Counted from the first letter of the stretch, positions 8,894 to 18,599 are shown. The stretch: 32,000 bases of DNA from Candidatus Hermodarchaeota archaeon (GCA_048886185.1 JBHLKY010000014.1:60001-92000), one strand, 5' to 3'. Translations and numbers: made by a program. Notes: a model not told the origin generated them from the sequence alone.

Positions 8894-9000
8894 AGGGGTG
8901 TAGTCTAGCATGGTTTTTCTCATATTTCTGGCAAATGTGAGAGCTAGATGATTCCTGATTTGGGATCAGGTGGTCGTGGGTTCAAATCCCACCACCCCTA
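8894..9000 (+). tRNA. tRNA-Pro(UGG) with an intron of about 32 nt in the D-loop (approx. 8917-8948)
   Basis: Acceptor stem AGGGGUG/CACCCCU, anticodon arm CCUGA-UUUGGGA-UCAGG and T-arm GUGGG-UUCAAAU-CCCAC. The D-arm GUCUAGCAUGG...UGAUU is interrupted by a hairpin (UCUCAUAUUU/AAAUGUGAGA). The exact junctions are uncertain by 1-2 nt. Confidence 0.88.
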
Positions 9001-9008
9001 CTTTATGG

Positions 9009-9015
9009 TTTTTTT
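9009..9015 (+). terminator. Oligo-T terminator after tRNA-Pro
   Basis: T7 tract 8 nt after the discriminator base. Confidence 0.5.
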
Positions 9016-9191
9016 CTTCTAAAAGAAATGATTTTTACTCCATTTTCTTCGAATTATGATTCGTATTTATCGAACTGACTTTGTTATTCCATATTCATGA
9101 GAATATTAAACATAATACATCAAAAAAAGAGATAAATGAGTATAAACTGACTTTTGATTAGTTGAGAAGGTAATTTTACTCAACTACTGTT

Positions 9192-11324
9192 TCATGACTC
9201 CTGAAGTTCACTAATTAGTTCTTCCACTAATACTTTTGGAGAGGGAAATCGGACACGATTAGCAAATAGTTCTTGACGCTGAATCGTTTCTCCTTGTACC
9301 TCTTGAGTTTGTAGTTGTACTCGTCCCTGAATCAGAATCGTTTTTCCTTCTGCTTCTTGTTGGACTATTGTGAAAATTTCATCATCACTCAGACCATTAT
9401 CTATTAATTTTTGAATATCATTACTCCCTAGACCTGTAAGAATTTCTCCTGAAAGACCAAAGAAAACTGTTCTTATTGTGCTTGTACCATCATCAACTGT
9501 CCCTGTGAGTCGAAATCGAATTTGTGATTGAACAATCTGATGTTCTTGACAAAGCCACCCTGCTTCTGTTTCTATTACTTTTTTTCGACATTGAGAACAA
9601 GCATGATAATACGGACTCTGTTGAAAGAGTCTGACAACTTTTCCAAGAACTTCTACCAAAGCTCCATCTTCCTCTTCTGATAACTCTGAAAGTTGAACTT
9701 TCTGATAGTTTGGTATTGATTGGGGGGTAATTGGTTCTTCTTCAGTGATTTCAATACTTCTTAAAGCAACTGGAACTCGTGATGATGGTCTGAGATGACT
9801 TTGGGGGGATAAGTGGATTTCCAATGAATCATTATCTTTTTGCCGAATCCTCCCAAAAAATATCTTAACATACTTCATCTCTTTCTCTCGAATCGAATTT
9901 AACTCATCAACTGTATCATCCCACGCAACCACTCGTATTGATCCTGAAGAATCTTGTATTGACATGTGAGCGACGCGGCCTGTACTTCCATCAGATCGAT
10001 TAAATTCTCTCTCCTCGGAAATATTCTTAATTACTCCTTGTACACATCCTAAACCTTGCGAAGCTTTAATTTCTGTGATGTTCTGAACAGGCGGATCCTC
10101 AGGAATTTCAGAAGCTTTAAGTGGGATAAAATTTGTGTTAAATAGTGAATGTAACTCAATTGTCTTATATCTTGACATATTAACACGTAAGTTCTCTACG
10201 CGAAAGGGTTCGTCTCCTAATTCGTCGAATAATGGAATGGCCTCATTCCAAAGTACTAATGTTGTCACACCCGTTTCATCAAATATGGTTGCTCTTTTTA
10301 CAGAACCTGTTGACCCATCATTTCGTGTGAAATTGCTTAATTTACTTACAGGGCCCTTTCGGGCAATCGTCGTGATGATGACATCACTCGGTTCTATTTC
10401 AATTAGTTTTTTTTCCATTACTTGCCGTTCAGTAAGTTCTGAAGCTTTGTCTTCATCAATATGTGGTAAAGTTTTATGACCAATCTTTGTGAGGTAAGTC
10501 AGACGGGTAGATTGTAACTCTGGGTTTCCTTCTCGATCTAATTTTACATTTGCAGCTTGGATCAAGATTTCGTCTCCTGGAGTGAAATTAAATGCTAATT
10601 CAGCGCGATCATCCCAGAGGACCATTCGTCGTGTTGTTCGTACACCCTTGAGAAGTAAATTAGAAACACGTCCTTCTGTCCCATCAGCTCGGTTAAAGGT
10701 CGTAAGATTACCTATTTTTAATACAGTAGCTTTAGTATCAATTTCTTTCATCTCCTCATCCAAGGAGTCTATATTGAGGATTTCATTCTCAGGGTCAGGA
10801 TAAGTGTCTGTTTCCGCCTCTGTGTCTACTTCTACTACTCCCCGATCGCCAACATGAAGTTCTAGCTCCTCATCTCTCCCTAATTTAGTATAACCTTGCT
10901 TAATTTTAATGATAGATCCTCTTTCTATCTTCTTTTCTGTAATAAAACGAGCCATTGTTCCCCAAAGAAGCGTTCTGATAGTATCGGTGCCGTCATTCAA
11001 CAGAATAGGAGCTAGAATCCCTTTGGTTCCCTCTTTTTGGAATTCAATTGGATGATAAATACGCGTTACAATTGCAGTAAGACTCACTCCTGATAAACCT
11101 GGTTCCATTTTCTTAAGACTTTCAATTGTAAGTTTAGGTCTTTTTTTAAATTCAGGACGTCCCAGTGGAACATCAAGATCTTTCGCAATAATATGAGCTG
11201 CTGCAATGTCATTTACAAAGAATCCTAATTCTTTTTGTTTTTCTTCAATTTTCTTTTTAATTTCAATTCTAGAAAGCCCTGTTTTTTGAGAGATTTTTTG
11301 TATAATTTCTTCTATATTACTCAA
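9192..11324 (-). CDS. rpa: Replication protein A (multi-OB-fold, Zn-finger)
   Basis: Repeated OB motifs (F.R.DG..G.V...D.TG..LW) and a C-terminal OB with YHACSQC...CQEH. TTG start preceded by GAGGAG. Confidence 0.9.
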   Translation of the reverse strand: MSNIEEIIQKISQKTGLSRIEIKKKIEEKQKELGFFVNDIAAAHIIAKDLDVPLGRPEFKKRPKLTIESLKKMEPGLSGVSLTAIVTRIYHPIEFQKEGTKGILAPILLNDGTDTIRTLLWGTMARFITEKKIERGSIIKIKQGYTKLGRDEELELHVGDRGVVEVDTEAETDTYPDPENEILNIDSLDEEMKEIDTKATVLKIGNLTTFNRADGTEGRVSNLLLKGVRTTRRMVLWDDRAELAFNFTPGDEILIQAANVKLDREGNPELQSTRLTYLTKIGHKTLPHIDEDKASELTERQVMEKKLIEIEPSDVIITTIARKGPVSKLSNFTRNDGSTGSVKRATIFDETGVTTLVLWNEAIPLFDELGDEPFRVENLRVNMSRYKTIELHSLFNTNFIPLKASEIPEDPPVQNITEIKASQGLGCVQGVIKNISEEREFNRSDGSTGRVAHMSIQDSSGSIRVVAWDDTVDELNSIREKEMKYVKIFFGRIRQKDNDSLEIHLSPQSHLRPSSRVPVALRSIEITEEEPITPQSIPNYQKVQLSELSEEEDGALVEVLGKVVRLFQQSPYYHACSQCRKKVIETEAGWLCQEHQIVQSQIRFRLTGTVDDGTSTIRTVFFGLSGEILTGLGSNDIQKLIDNGLSDDEIFTIVQQEAEGKTILIQGRVQLQTQEVQGETIQRQELFANRVRFPSPKVLVEELISELQES

Positions 11325-11453
11325 ATTTTACTCCTCATCACTGTTTTAATGAAAGGATGTTTAATAATAAATTAAGCTTCATCTCAACATTAATTCAATT
11401 CTGTTATTATCATTTAATGATAGAATTTGTTCTCTTAAATATTCACAAAAATA

Positions 11454-12044
11454 TTACCAATTTTGATAACTTGTCCCCAATTTTTGAACAGATAATTCTT
11501 TAACCCGATTTCGGAAAGGACGACATCCATTCTTCGTTTTCAATGATAGGAGAAACAGTTCAAACTCAGGAAGATTATAGGATTTTAATAATGCTATATT
11601 TTGTTCTACAATTTCTCTTTTCACTTTATCAATTTTATTCAGCACAACAATTGGAGGAAGATTAGTTCTATCAGATATGAATTGGATCATTTCAATATCT
11701 AAAGGGACAATCTGCTTTTTCTCTAAACTAGCCACCACTAAATGGAAGGTTGAAACATCAATAATATGTATTGCAAACAATAGTTGGTTTGATGGATCCT
11801 CTAAAAAGTGAACAATGTCATCCTTTATCTGACTTTCACATTTCTTTGAGCGTTTTGTTATCCGTCCAAACCCAGGAAGATCTACCAAGTGCAGATTTTT
11901 AATAAGAGGGATTGAGGTTATTGTTATAGTTGTTCCAGCTTGTTTTCCGACAGGTCTTTTTGAATGGCTTAGATAATTTACTAAAGAGGTTTTTCCTGCA
12001 TTTGGGCGGCCTGAAATGGGTATTAAATAGATTAAAGGCATCAT
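11454..12044 (-). CDS. engB: EngB/YihA-family GTPase
   Basis: G1 GRPNAGKT, G2 GTT, G3 DLPGFG and G4 NKID. Confidence 0.85.
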   Translation of the reverse strand: MMPLIYLIPISGRPNAGKTSLVNYLSHSKRPVGKQAGTTITITSIPLIKNLHLVDLPGFGRITKRSKKCESQIKDDIVHFLEDPSNQLLFAIHIIDVSTFHLVVASLEKKQIVPLDIEMIQFISDRTNLPPIVVLNKIDKVKREIVEQNIALLKSYNLPEFELFLLSLKTKNGCRPFRNRVKELSVQKLGTSYQNW

Positions 12045-12067
12045 TAGTACTTAAACTTTTATCGACA

Positions 12068-12325
12068 TTAAATATCAGTAGTTTCACTTTTTTCCATTAA
12101 CAATTCATCTAACCAATCACCAAACACATCAACACGTTCTTCAATGGGACGGATTGGCCGAGATTCTTGGACTTTACATTTTCCACATCTTATGATTGCT
12201 ATTCGGATTTTTCTATCAACTTCAATATGAATTGACTTCCCCGTCCCACATATTGGACAATCAAACACAGTTGGCAATGTAGGAATAGGTTTAGTACGAA
12301 CAATTCTTTTTCGTTTCCGGCCCAT
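12068..12325 (-). CDS. elf1: Transcription elongation factor Elf1
   Basis: MGRKRKR N-terminus, L.TVFDCPICG, RCGKC and DVFGDWLD. Confidence 0.88.
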   Translation of the reverse strand: MGRKRKRIVRTKPIPTLPTVFDCPICGTGKSIHIEVDRKIRIAIIRCGKCKVQESRPIRPIEERVDVFGDWLDELLMEKSETTDI

Positions 12326-12337
12326 AAGATTACTCTC

Positions 12338-13519
12338 CTACCTTCTCCTACCTCGCTGCCCCTTTTTTATTTGTCGAAGTCGTCTATCACGTCTTGATTC
12401 CTTAGATTGAGCGGGAAGAGGTTCCCCAGTCTGATCCGCGGCTGCTTGAGAGACAGGTTCATCCAAAATACTCTGTTCTGATTTAATAATCAATATCTTT
12501 CTTCCTGATCCAATTAGATAGGCAATACTTCCGCAAAGAAAGAAAATAATAGCAAATCCGCCCAAAAATATTAACATTTGAATTAAATCCTGTTCTGAAA
12601 TAGTATAAGGTGGAAGAGGCTCGGATTTTGTCGCTGCTAGCCACTCAATACTATTAAGCCATAATAGGGAGTTGTTTTCACTTTCATACCAAGAATAATT
12701 TTCGATGGGACCTTTTAAATCACTGAACATTAGGCTGGAACCACTAAGTAGGACACGTGCCCCAGTTTTAAGGTCATCACCAGAGCTACCAAACAATATG
12801 ATATCCGTCGTGAGTCCACCTGTTTCACTGAATTCTCCTGATATTGTTTTAGCAACAGCCTCAGGTGTAGCAACAAGAATATTTTGACTGGCATCTTCTA
12901 GTGAACAAGTATAAGTGATAATTGAAGTTACATTCTTATTTATATTTAGAATAGCATGATTGGAAGTATTAGGTTTGAGGTGTAAGTAATTAGAAGCCCC
13001 AATATTTGAAAACTCATTAAGAACTACATTAGAGGGTGTAATATCATCCACCACTTTATAATATGTCCAGAACTTGCCCATAAGAAATCCATTTTCAAGA
13101 TATCCTAAGAATTCGTTAAATATATCCCCACGACCAGTTAAAGTTTCATTATCTTCATTTAAGGGATTTGCGAGTAGAAATATTGCGTTACCTTGAGTAA
13201 TAAATCTGTTAACATAAATACTTTCATCTCTTGTATATCTTACTTGGGGATTTGTAGAAATAAATATATCTACACCCTCAAAACTAGTGTTATTGATTTT
13301 TCCTGTATTGAAAACTACTTCTATTTCCTTACTTATTAAATCTGATATTGCTTGACTATACAAAGAGCGATTAAAAAATTGGCCGTGGCCTTCATCAAAT
13401 AAAACAACAATTGGATCATCTATTGCTTGATCAGCAATTCCAAATGCCAAAACATTATTAAGACTGAATATAATACAAATGGCTACGTATAAAAAGATTT
13501 TTTGGGATTTAATAATCAC
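12338..13519 (-). CDS. Secreted single-pass membrane protein with DUF4350/GldG (GIFT)-like domain
   Basis: N-terminal hydrophobic signal, VLFDEGHGQ..DIFISTNP..FITQG pattern, a C-terminal TM helix and an Arg-rich tail. Confidence 0.6.
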   Translation of the reverse strand: MIIKSQKIFLYVAICIIFSLNNVLAFGIADQAIDDPIVVLFDEGHGQFFNRSLYSQAISDLISKEIEVVFNTGKINNTSFEGVDIFISTNPQVRYTRDESIYVNRFITQGNAIFLLANPLNEDNETLTGRGDIFNEFLGYLENGFLMGKFWTYYKVVDDITPSNVVLNEFSNIGASNYLHLKPNTSNHAILNINKNVTSIITYTCSLEDASQNILVATPEAVAKTISGEFSETGGLTTDIILFGSSGDDLKTGARVLLSGSSLMFSDLKGPIENYSWYESENNSLLWLNSIEWLAATKSEPLPPYTISEQDLIQMLIFLGGFAIIFFLCGSIAYLIGSGRKILIIKSEQSILDEPVSQAAADQTGEPLPAQSKESRRDRRLRQIKKGQRGRRR

Positions 13520-13698
13520 AATATCTTCCTCAGCTTTTGAATGGGTCTTATTGCCCGAGAAGCTCCAGCAAAAGATAAAATCTTCAAAAAAGAGGGAAAA
13601 AGAAAAACTCTTTTGTGTCTTTTCTTTAAAGTGATGGGGAATAGCTCACAATGATAACTACTAAAAATATCAACGAATTCCCCTATAGCCGATTATAG

Positions 13699-14139
13699 AT
13701 GGTAACAGCACAAATGGTTCCCAGTAAATTGCTAATAGAAGCTATTTCTGAGGAGTTAATGTCAAGTGACATTTTTAGACCACCTAAATGGGCTGAATTT
13801 GTTAAATCAGGGGTTTCTCAAGAAAACGCACCAGAGCAAAGAAAAGAATGGTGGTTTATTCGTGTTGCTTCGATCTTAAGGAAGATTTACCTATATGGGC
13901 CCGTTGGAGTGATGCATATTAGAAAAATGTTTGGTGGAAGAAAGAATCGAGGAAGTAAACCAGAAAAAACAGCTCGAGGCTCTGGTGCTATTGTCCGTCA
14001 CGCAATTCACCAACTAGAAAAAGGGGGTTACGTCACACTTGTTTCTAACGGAAGGATTGTTACTCCAGAAGGTCGAAGATTTGTAGATAGTATAGCCTAT
14101 AAAGTTAAACAACAACTTCCAGAACTCGCAGCATATTAA
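13699..14139 (+). CDS. rps19e: Ribosomal protein S19e
   Basis: PPKWAEFVKSG, WWFIRVASILRKIY, GSGAIVRHAIHQLE and GRIVTPEGR. Confidence 0.97.
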   Translation: MVTAQMVPSKLLIEAISEELMSSDIFRPPKWAEFVKSGVSQENAPEQRKEWWFIRVASILRKIYLYGPVGVMHIRKMFGGRKNRGSKPEKTARGSGAIVRHAIHQLEKGGYVTLVSNGRIVTPEGRRFVDSIAYKVKQQLPELAAY

Positions 14140-14266
14140 ACCTGAAAAATTTTAATAATTCTCATTTAGATCCAATAAAGTGTGTTTAAGAATAATTGAG
14201 TGAACGAAATATAAAGCAACTAGTTAAAGAACTTATTTACAAGACTTTAGAAGAGGGTTAACCGCA

Positions 14267-14608
14267 ATGGCTGAAGAAGATCCTGAATTGGAAGCAATCC
14301 GTAAAAGACGTCTTGCGCAATTACAAAATGAACAACTTGCTCAGCAACAAGCGGAAGAACAACAAAGAATAATTGAAAATCAGCGACAGGCAATTCTAAA
14401 AGGAATATTAACAAATGCAGCACGGGAAAGACTTGCTAATATCAAATTAGCGAAACCAGAATATGCAACCACTTTGGAGAACCAATTAATTCAACTTGCT
14501 CAAACCAGACGAGTATCTGGAAAAATAAATGACTCTCAATTACGACAGCTTTTACAACAATTGACAAAATCTCAGCGTGAAAGTAAGATCACTTTCAAAC
14601 GAAGATAA
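14267..14608 (+). CDS. PDCD5/DUF122 DNA-binding protein
   Basis: ELEAIRKRRLAQL, ILT..ARERLANIKL and ENQLIQLA; canonical neighbour of rps19e. Confidence 0.92.
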   Translation: MAEEDPELEAIRKRRLAQLQNEQLAQQQAEEQQRIIENQRQAILKGILTNAARERLANIKLAKPEYATTLENQLIQLAQTRRVSGKINDSQLRQLLQQLTKSQRESKITFKRR

Positions 14609-14623
14609 ACCCCAGGGGATATC

Positions 14624-15073
14624 ATGACCACAGCTGTACAGTTCTCATGGAGGAGATTAGAGGGATTGGGATTAATCATCGTTGCATTGGGATGGGGATT
14701 TTTAGCTCAATTTCCACCAGCTTTCTTTGCTTTAACTCTTCTTTACTTTGATCTCGAAACTTATTTTATTGCCTTCTTTGGAACTCTAATTGGAACGAGC
14801 ATCATCTTGGCAACGATCTCATGTTCACTAACTGAAGATTGGGATGATTCAACAATACCTACTTTGAAGAGTATAACAACATTCTCTATGATTTTAACAT
14901 TGATTTTCTTAGGAGGATTTTTCCTCTTTTTTATTCTTGAGCCATTTTTTCCACCTGAATTTACAAATTTGGTACCATCTCAACGATATTTTTCTGCAAT
15001 AACATTATCATTAGCAATAATTGGAATAACGACTTTTTTTATTTATAAAACTAAGAAATTTTTCATAGGGTAA
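14624..15073 (+). CDS. Hypothetical 4-TM membrane protein
   Basis: 149-aa ORF with about four hydrophobic segments, co-oriented with the cluster. Confidence 0.6.
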   Translation: MTTAVQFSWRRLEGLGLIIVALGWGFLAQFPPAFFALTLLYFDLETYFIAFFGTLIGTSIILATISCSLTEDWDDSTIPTLKSITTFSMILTLIFLGGFFLFFILEPFFPPEFTNLVPSQRYFSAITLSLAIIGITTFFIYKTKKFFIG

Positions 15074-15169
15074 CTTGGGAATGTAATAAAAAGCAGAACT
15101 ATCTAGGTTATTTCTGTCAATCCGATGACTTTAGGAATGTAAGGGATTTTAGATCTAGTTGATTATATT

Positions 15170-15937
15170 ATGATTACAGTGATAAATTCCAAGCTATGTC
15201 CAATAATATACAGCTATAAAGAAGTGAATTCTACAAACGAAGTAGCTAAGGAACTTATTGAAGAAAAGAATCAAATTGGATTTGTTATTTTCGCAGAAAC
15301 ACAACTTGCAGGTAAAGGTCAGGGAAAAAAGGTTTGGGAATCACCTTATGGAGGATTGTGGATTTCATTAGCCATTCGACCCCAAATAGATTTATCAATG
15401 CTTGGAATAATCCCTATTATTTCAGCTGTTGGAATTGCTAGAACATTAGAACACTTTAATATCAATGTAATGCTAAAATGGCCGAATGATATTTTGATCA
15501 AACATAATTTGAAAAAAATTGGGGGGATATTAGTTGAGACAAAAGTTACCCGACATTTTTTGAACTATTTAATCATTGGAATTGGTCTAAACATTAACAA
15601 TACACTGGACCAATACTCTATTGCATTGCAAGACCATATTACGACCGTTTATGAAGAATTTAATAAAGAAATTAACCTAACTACATTATTACACGAAATT
15701 ATTCATCAAATCGAAGAATCTTTTGAAACATTAAGATCAGATGGTGCACAACCTCTTCTCAAAGAATGGAAACAGGTGGATAATATCCTTGGAATGAATT
15801 TGACCATCCAAACTTTAGAGAAAGTGTATCAGGGCAAGGCTATTGATATTTCTCCATATGGTCAACTAATATTGGAAGTTAAAGACGTTGGTAAAGTCAC
15901 AATTTCTTCAGGAACGGTCATTCTTCCAACTAAATGA
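15170..15937 (+). CDS. birA: Biotin-protein ligase (no HTH domain)
   Basis: STN, AETQLAGKG, WESP.GGLW.S, KWPND, KIGGIL and IIGIGLN. Confidence 0.92.
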   Translation: MITVINSKLCPIIYSYKEVNSTNEVAKELIEEKNQIGFVIFAETQLAGKGQGKKVWESPYGGLWISLAIRPQIDLSMLGIIPIISAVGIARTLEHFNINVMLKWPNDILIKHNLKKIGGILVETKVTRHFLNYLIIGIGLNINNTLDQYSIALQDHITTVYEEFNKEINLTTLLHEIIHQIEESFETLRSDGAQPLLKEWKQVDNILGMNLTIQTLEKVYQGKAIDISPYGQLILEVKDVGKVTISSGTVILPTK

Positions 15938-15953
15938 AAACGAGGAATATTTA

Positions 15954-16514
15954 TTGATTTATAATATCTTGAAAGGAGAAAATACTGTATTAAGAGGATT
16001 AATTGCTGAAGAATTTGTTCGTTACATTCTTTCCCAGCGATTTCCTATCTTAATTGTTCGACCTTCAATCGCCTTAAGATATTTAGATAATGCGTCAATT
16101 AAGGGGAGATATGTTGACTTTTTAAGAAAAAATCAGCAAACAATGGATTTCTTAGGATTAACTCCCTTCTTTAGAGATAATCATATATTAACAACTCCAG
16201 AAGAAACTGTATGCCGTTTTTTTTACGAGAAAGAGGGATTGAGTCTCTACCTAAAGAAGGAATCTCTATTTCCTCAACTTCAGGGATTTATTGTAGAAGT
16301 AAAATCTCGAACATCAGAGAATTCTTGGGCACCATTTAACTACTCCTTTTCTACAAATCAAATTGAAATGTTTCAACAAAGCAAAGATTTTGATTTTACC
16401 ATCGTGTTGTGTGGTGTAACATTTACTTCAGATTGGAACCTTTCAGTAGTATTCTGTGACGAAAATCAAAAGGTTTTACCACAAGATTTCTTTGTTATAA
16501 ATCAATATGGATAG
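15954..16514 (+). CDS. Hypothetical protein, probable PD-(D/E)xK nuclease fold
   Basis: GLIAEEFV helix, MDFLG and IVEVKSR motifs. TTG at 15954 with GAGG upstream is preferred over the ORF-track start at 15888. Confidence 0.55.
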   Translation: MIYNILKGENTVLRGLIAEEFVRYILSQRFPILIVRPSIALRYLDNASIKGRYVDFLRKNQQTMDFLGLTPFFRDNHILTTPEETVCRFFYEKEGLSLYLKKESLFPQLQGFIVEVKSRTSENSWAPFNYSFSTNQIEMFQQSKDFDFTIVLCGVTFTSDWNLSVVFCDENQKVLPQDFFVINQYG

Positions 16515-17652
16515 GATGAGAGTTCGTAACTACTTGAGGACCTTTTGATGTGATAATTACATCATTCTCAAGCCTAAATCCGCCTACATCCTTTTCATAG
16601 ATACCTGGCTCTATTGTAATAACCATACCCTCTTCAATTGGTATATCAATCCACTCTTTTAACAATGTTTCATGAGTGGGCTTTTTTCTGAGATAAGGGG
16701 AATCATGAACAGTCAATCCGATGCCATGTCCTAAACCATGAGGCATTTTAAAATTGTTTGATTCAATAATCTCTATTGCGACTTCGGCAACTTCATGAAG
16801 AAAAGTTGCATTTTTTAGAGTATCTATTGCTTCATTATAAGCAGATTCTACTGTTTCCACAATTAACTTCATTTTACTATTTATTTTCCCCATGATGAAT
16901 GGTAGCGTTACATCAGAGGTAAAACCCTTTGCACTCACCCCAAAATCAATTAAAGCTAATCCAGGTCGAAACATTGGTAATTTATCAGCACGAGGATAGG
17001 TATGAATTTGCCATGATCTTGCACTACTAGCAACTAAAGTTTCGAAACCAACTCCAAATGCTCCTAGCTCCCGCATCCTATTTTCTACAAAGATAGCAAG
17101 ATCTACTTCAGTTTCAATGTTTAAATGATTCGTCATTAGCTCCTCCATCTCTTCAACGAGTTTATTACTTATTTCTACCGATTTTTTTAATAATGATAAT
17201 TCGTAAGGAGATTTAGTTGACCGTAACTGCTCAAGAATATTATCGATTTCCTGAGGATTAAATACAATTTCAGCATCAGGAATTTGATCAAGAATAGTTT
17301 TAACATTAAAGTATGGAATGGCTTTAGGAATACCAATCCTTGGATTAGATTTCACAATACTTTTAAGAGTTTCAGCAGTAGCAGGAATTAATCCACCTTC
17401 ATGTTCTGATATGTTTATTAATTGATCTACTTCTGAGTAATCCTTTGCTAGTTGATAATCCCATGGAACAAGAATTAATTGCCGATTTTGGACATCTATA
17501 AATAAACTGGCATCCTCAGGATGTCCTGAAAGGTATTTTAAATTCACATCTCTGTGATCTTCCGAATCCCTAATATAAAGAACATCTAATTCCAGGTTTT
17601 CCAACCTATCGTACAAATCATTTAGCTTTGCCTTTGTTATAAATCGTGACAT
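16495..17652 (-). CDS. M24 Xaa-Pro aminopeptidase/prolidase
   Basis: Metal-ligand motifs DFG, SDVT, HGLGHGIGL.VH, EPGIY and RLEND. Confidence 0.92.
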   Translation of the reverse strand: MSRFITKAKLNDLYDRLENLELDVLYIRDSEDHRDVNLKYLSGHPEDASLFIDVQNRQLILVPWDYQLAKDYSEVDQLINISEHEGGLIPATAETLKSIVKSNPRIGIPKAIPYFNVKTILDQIPDAEIVFNPQEIDNILEQLRSTKSPYELSLLKKSVEISNKLVEEMEELMTNHLNIETEVDLAIFVENRMRELGAFGVGFETLVASSARSWQIHTYPRADKLPMFRPGLALIDFGVSAKGFTSDVTLPFIMGKINSKMKLIVETVESAYNEAIDTLKNATFLHEVAEVAIEIIESNNFKMPHGLGHGIGLTVHDSPYLRKKPTHETLLKEWIDIPIEEGMVITIEPGIYEKDVGGFRLENDVIITSKGPQVVTNSHPIHIDL

Positions 17653-17814
17653 AATTGATTCACCACTCTATTTGATTCTAGGAACTATTGGATCTAATTC
17701 ATAAAAAATACTTAATTTAAGATTGATGAAATATCTCTCTAGAAATATTAGAATAATGTAAATATTCTCTTCATAGTTATTTTTCTTAAATAAGAAGTTT
17801 AATAACTGAAACTA

Positions 17815-18489
17815 CTAAATAGCTTCTAGAAGATCTGCTATTTTACTCATTATGAAATCACTGATCTTTTGAGACGTTTCTTTAGAACTAGGCAATTTAT
17901 AATATTGTCTTAAATCAAGAGGTGCCCCAAATTTTACTTTTAAGGTTATTTTTCGTGGGCCTCCTCCCAAAGTAATTGGTTTCCCGACTGGCATAGCAAT
18001 ATCAGTATTCTTAACAGCACAAGGTATCACTAGCGCGTTTGTAGAATGAGCTATTAACCCCGCACCTAATTTGCCAAGTTGTAATTTGCCATCTTTAGTT
18101 CGAGCACCCTCAGGAAAATAGCACACTGATCCTCCATTATTAACAACAGCAATATGATATTTGATTATATCCATTCTCTTAGAACCCTTAAAAACGGGAA
18201 AACAATTCATACCCCGCAAGATTGGGCGGAAAAGGGGGAGTTTCCATAACCTAGCGTCAGCAGGATAAAAAAATGGTTTATAAAAACGCGGAAATGCTGC
18301 CAAACCGATTATAAAGGGATCTAAATGAGACCTATGATTAGCCATGATAATAATTCCCTTGTTATCCCAACCTCTTGCAGGAATATACTTTTTCCCCCAA
18401 ACTTTGACCCGAAAGCATAAATGAAAGAAGGCAAGCAAAATAGGGATAGCATACAGATGAAGCATAATTTTTACTTTTATTTTAGCCAT
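17815..18489 (-). CDS. PlsC/AGPAT-like lysophospholipid acyltransferase
   Basis: NHRSHLDP (HX4D), FPEGART, IPCAV and an N-terminal hydrophobic helix. Confidence 0.88.
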   Translation of the reverse strand: MAKIKVKIMLHLYAIPILLAFFHLCFRVKVWGKKYIPARGWDNKGIIIMANHRSHLDPFIIGLAAFPRFYKPFFYPADARLWKLPLFRPILRGMNCFPVFKGSKRMDIIKYHIAVVNNGGSVCYFPEGARTKDGKLQLGKLGAGLIAHSTNALVIPCAVKNTDIAMPVGKPITLGGGPRKITLKVKFGAPLDLRQYYKLPSSKETSQKISDFIMSKIADLLEAI

Positions 18490-18599
18490 AAAACACAGCC
18501 AACCATTCAGTAAACAATATAGCCTAGTCTTTTTGTTGGGCTAAAAAAAATTATGTTTTCGAAAGAGATTACTTTCCTTGAAATCTATAAAAACACTGT

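Noticed and set aside
15300-15345. BirA GKGQ instead of GRGR
   Set aside because: This variant occurs in other biotin ligases, and the remaining motifs are intact.
17724-17809. TGATGA...CTGA pair containing TCATAGTTA
   Set aside because: The H69-like match is not next to a D or D' box, there are no internal boxes, and it is probably chance in AT-rich DNA.
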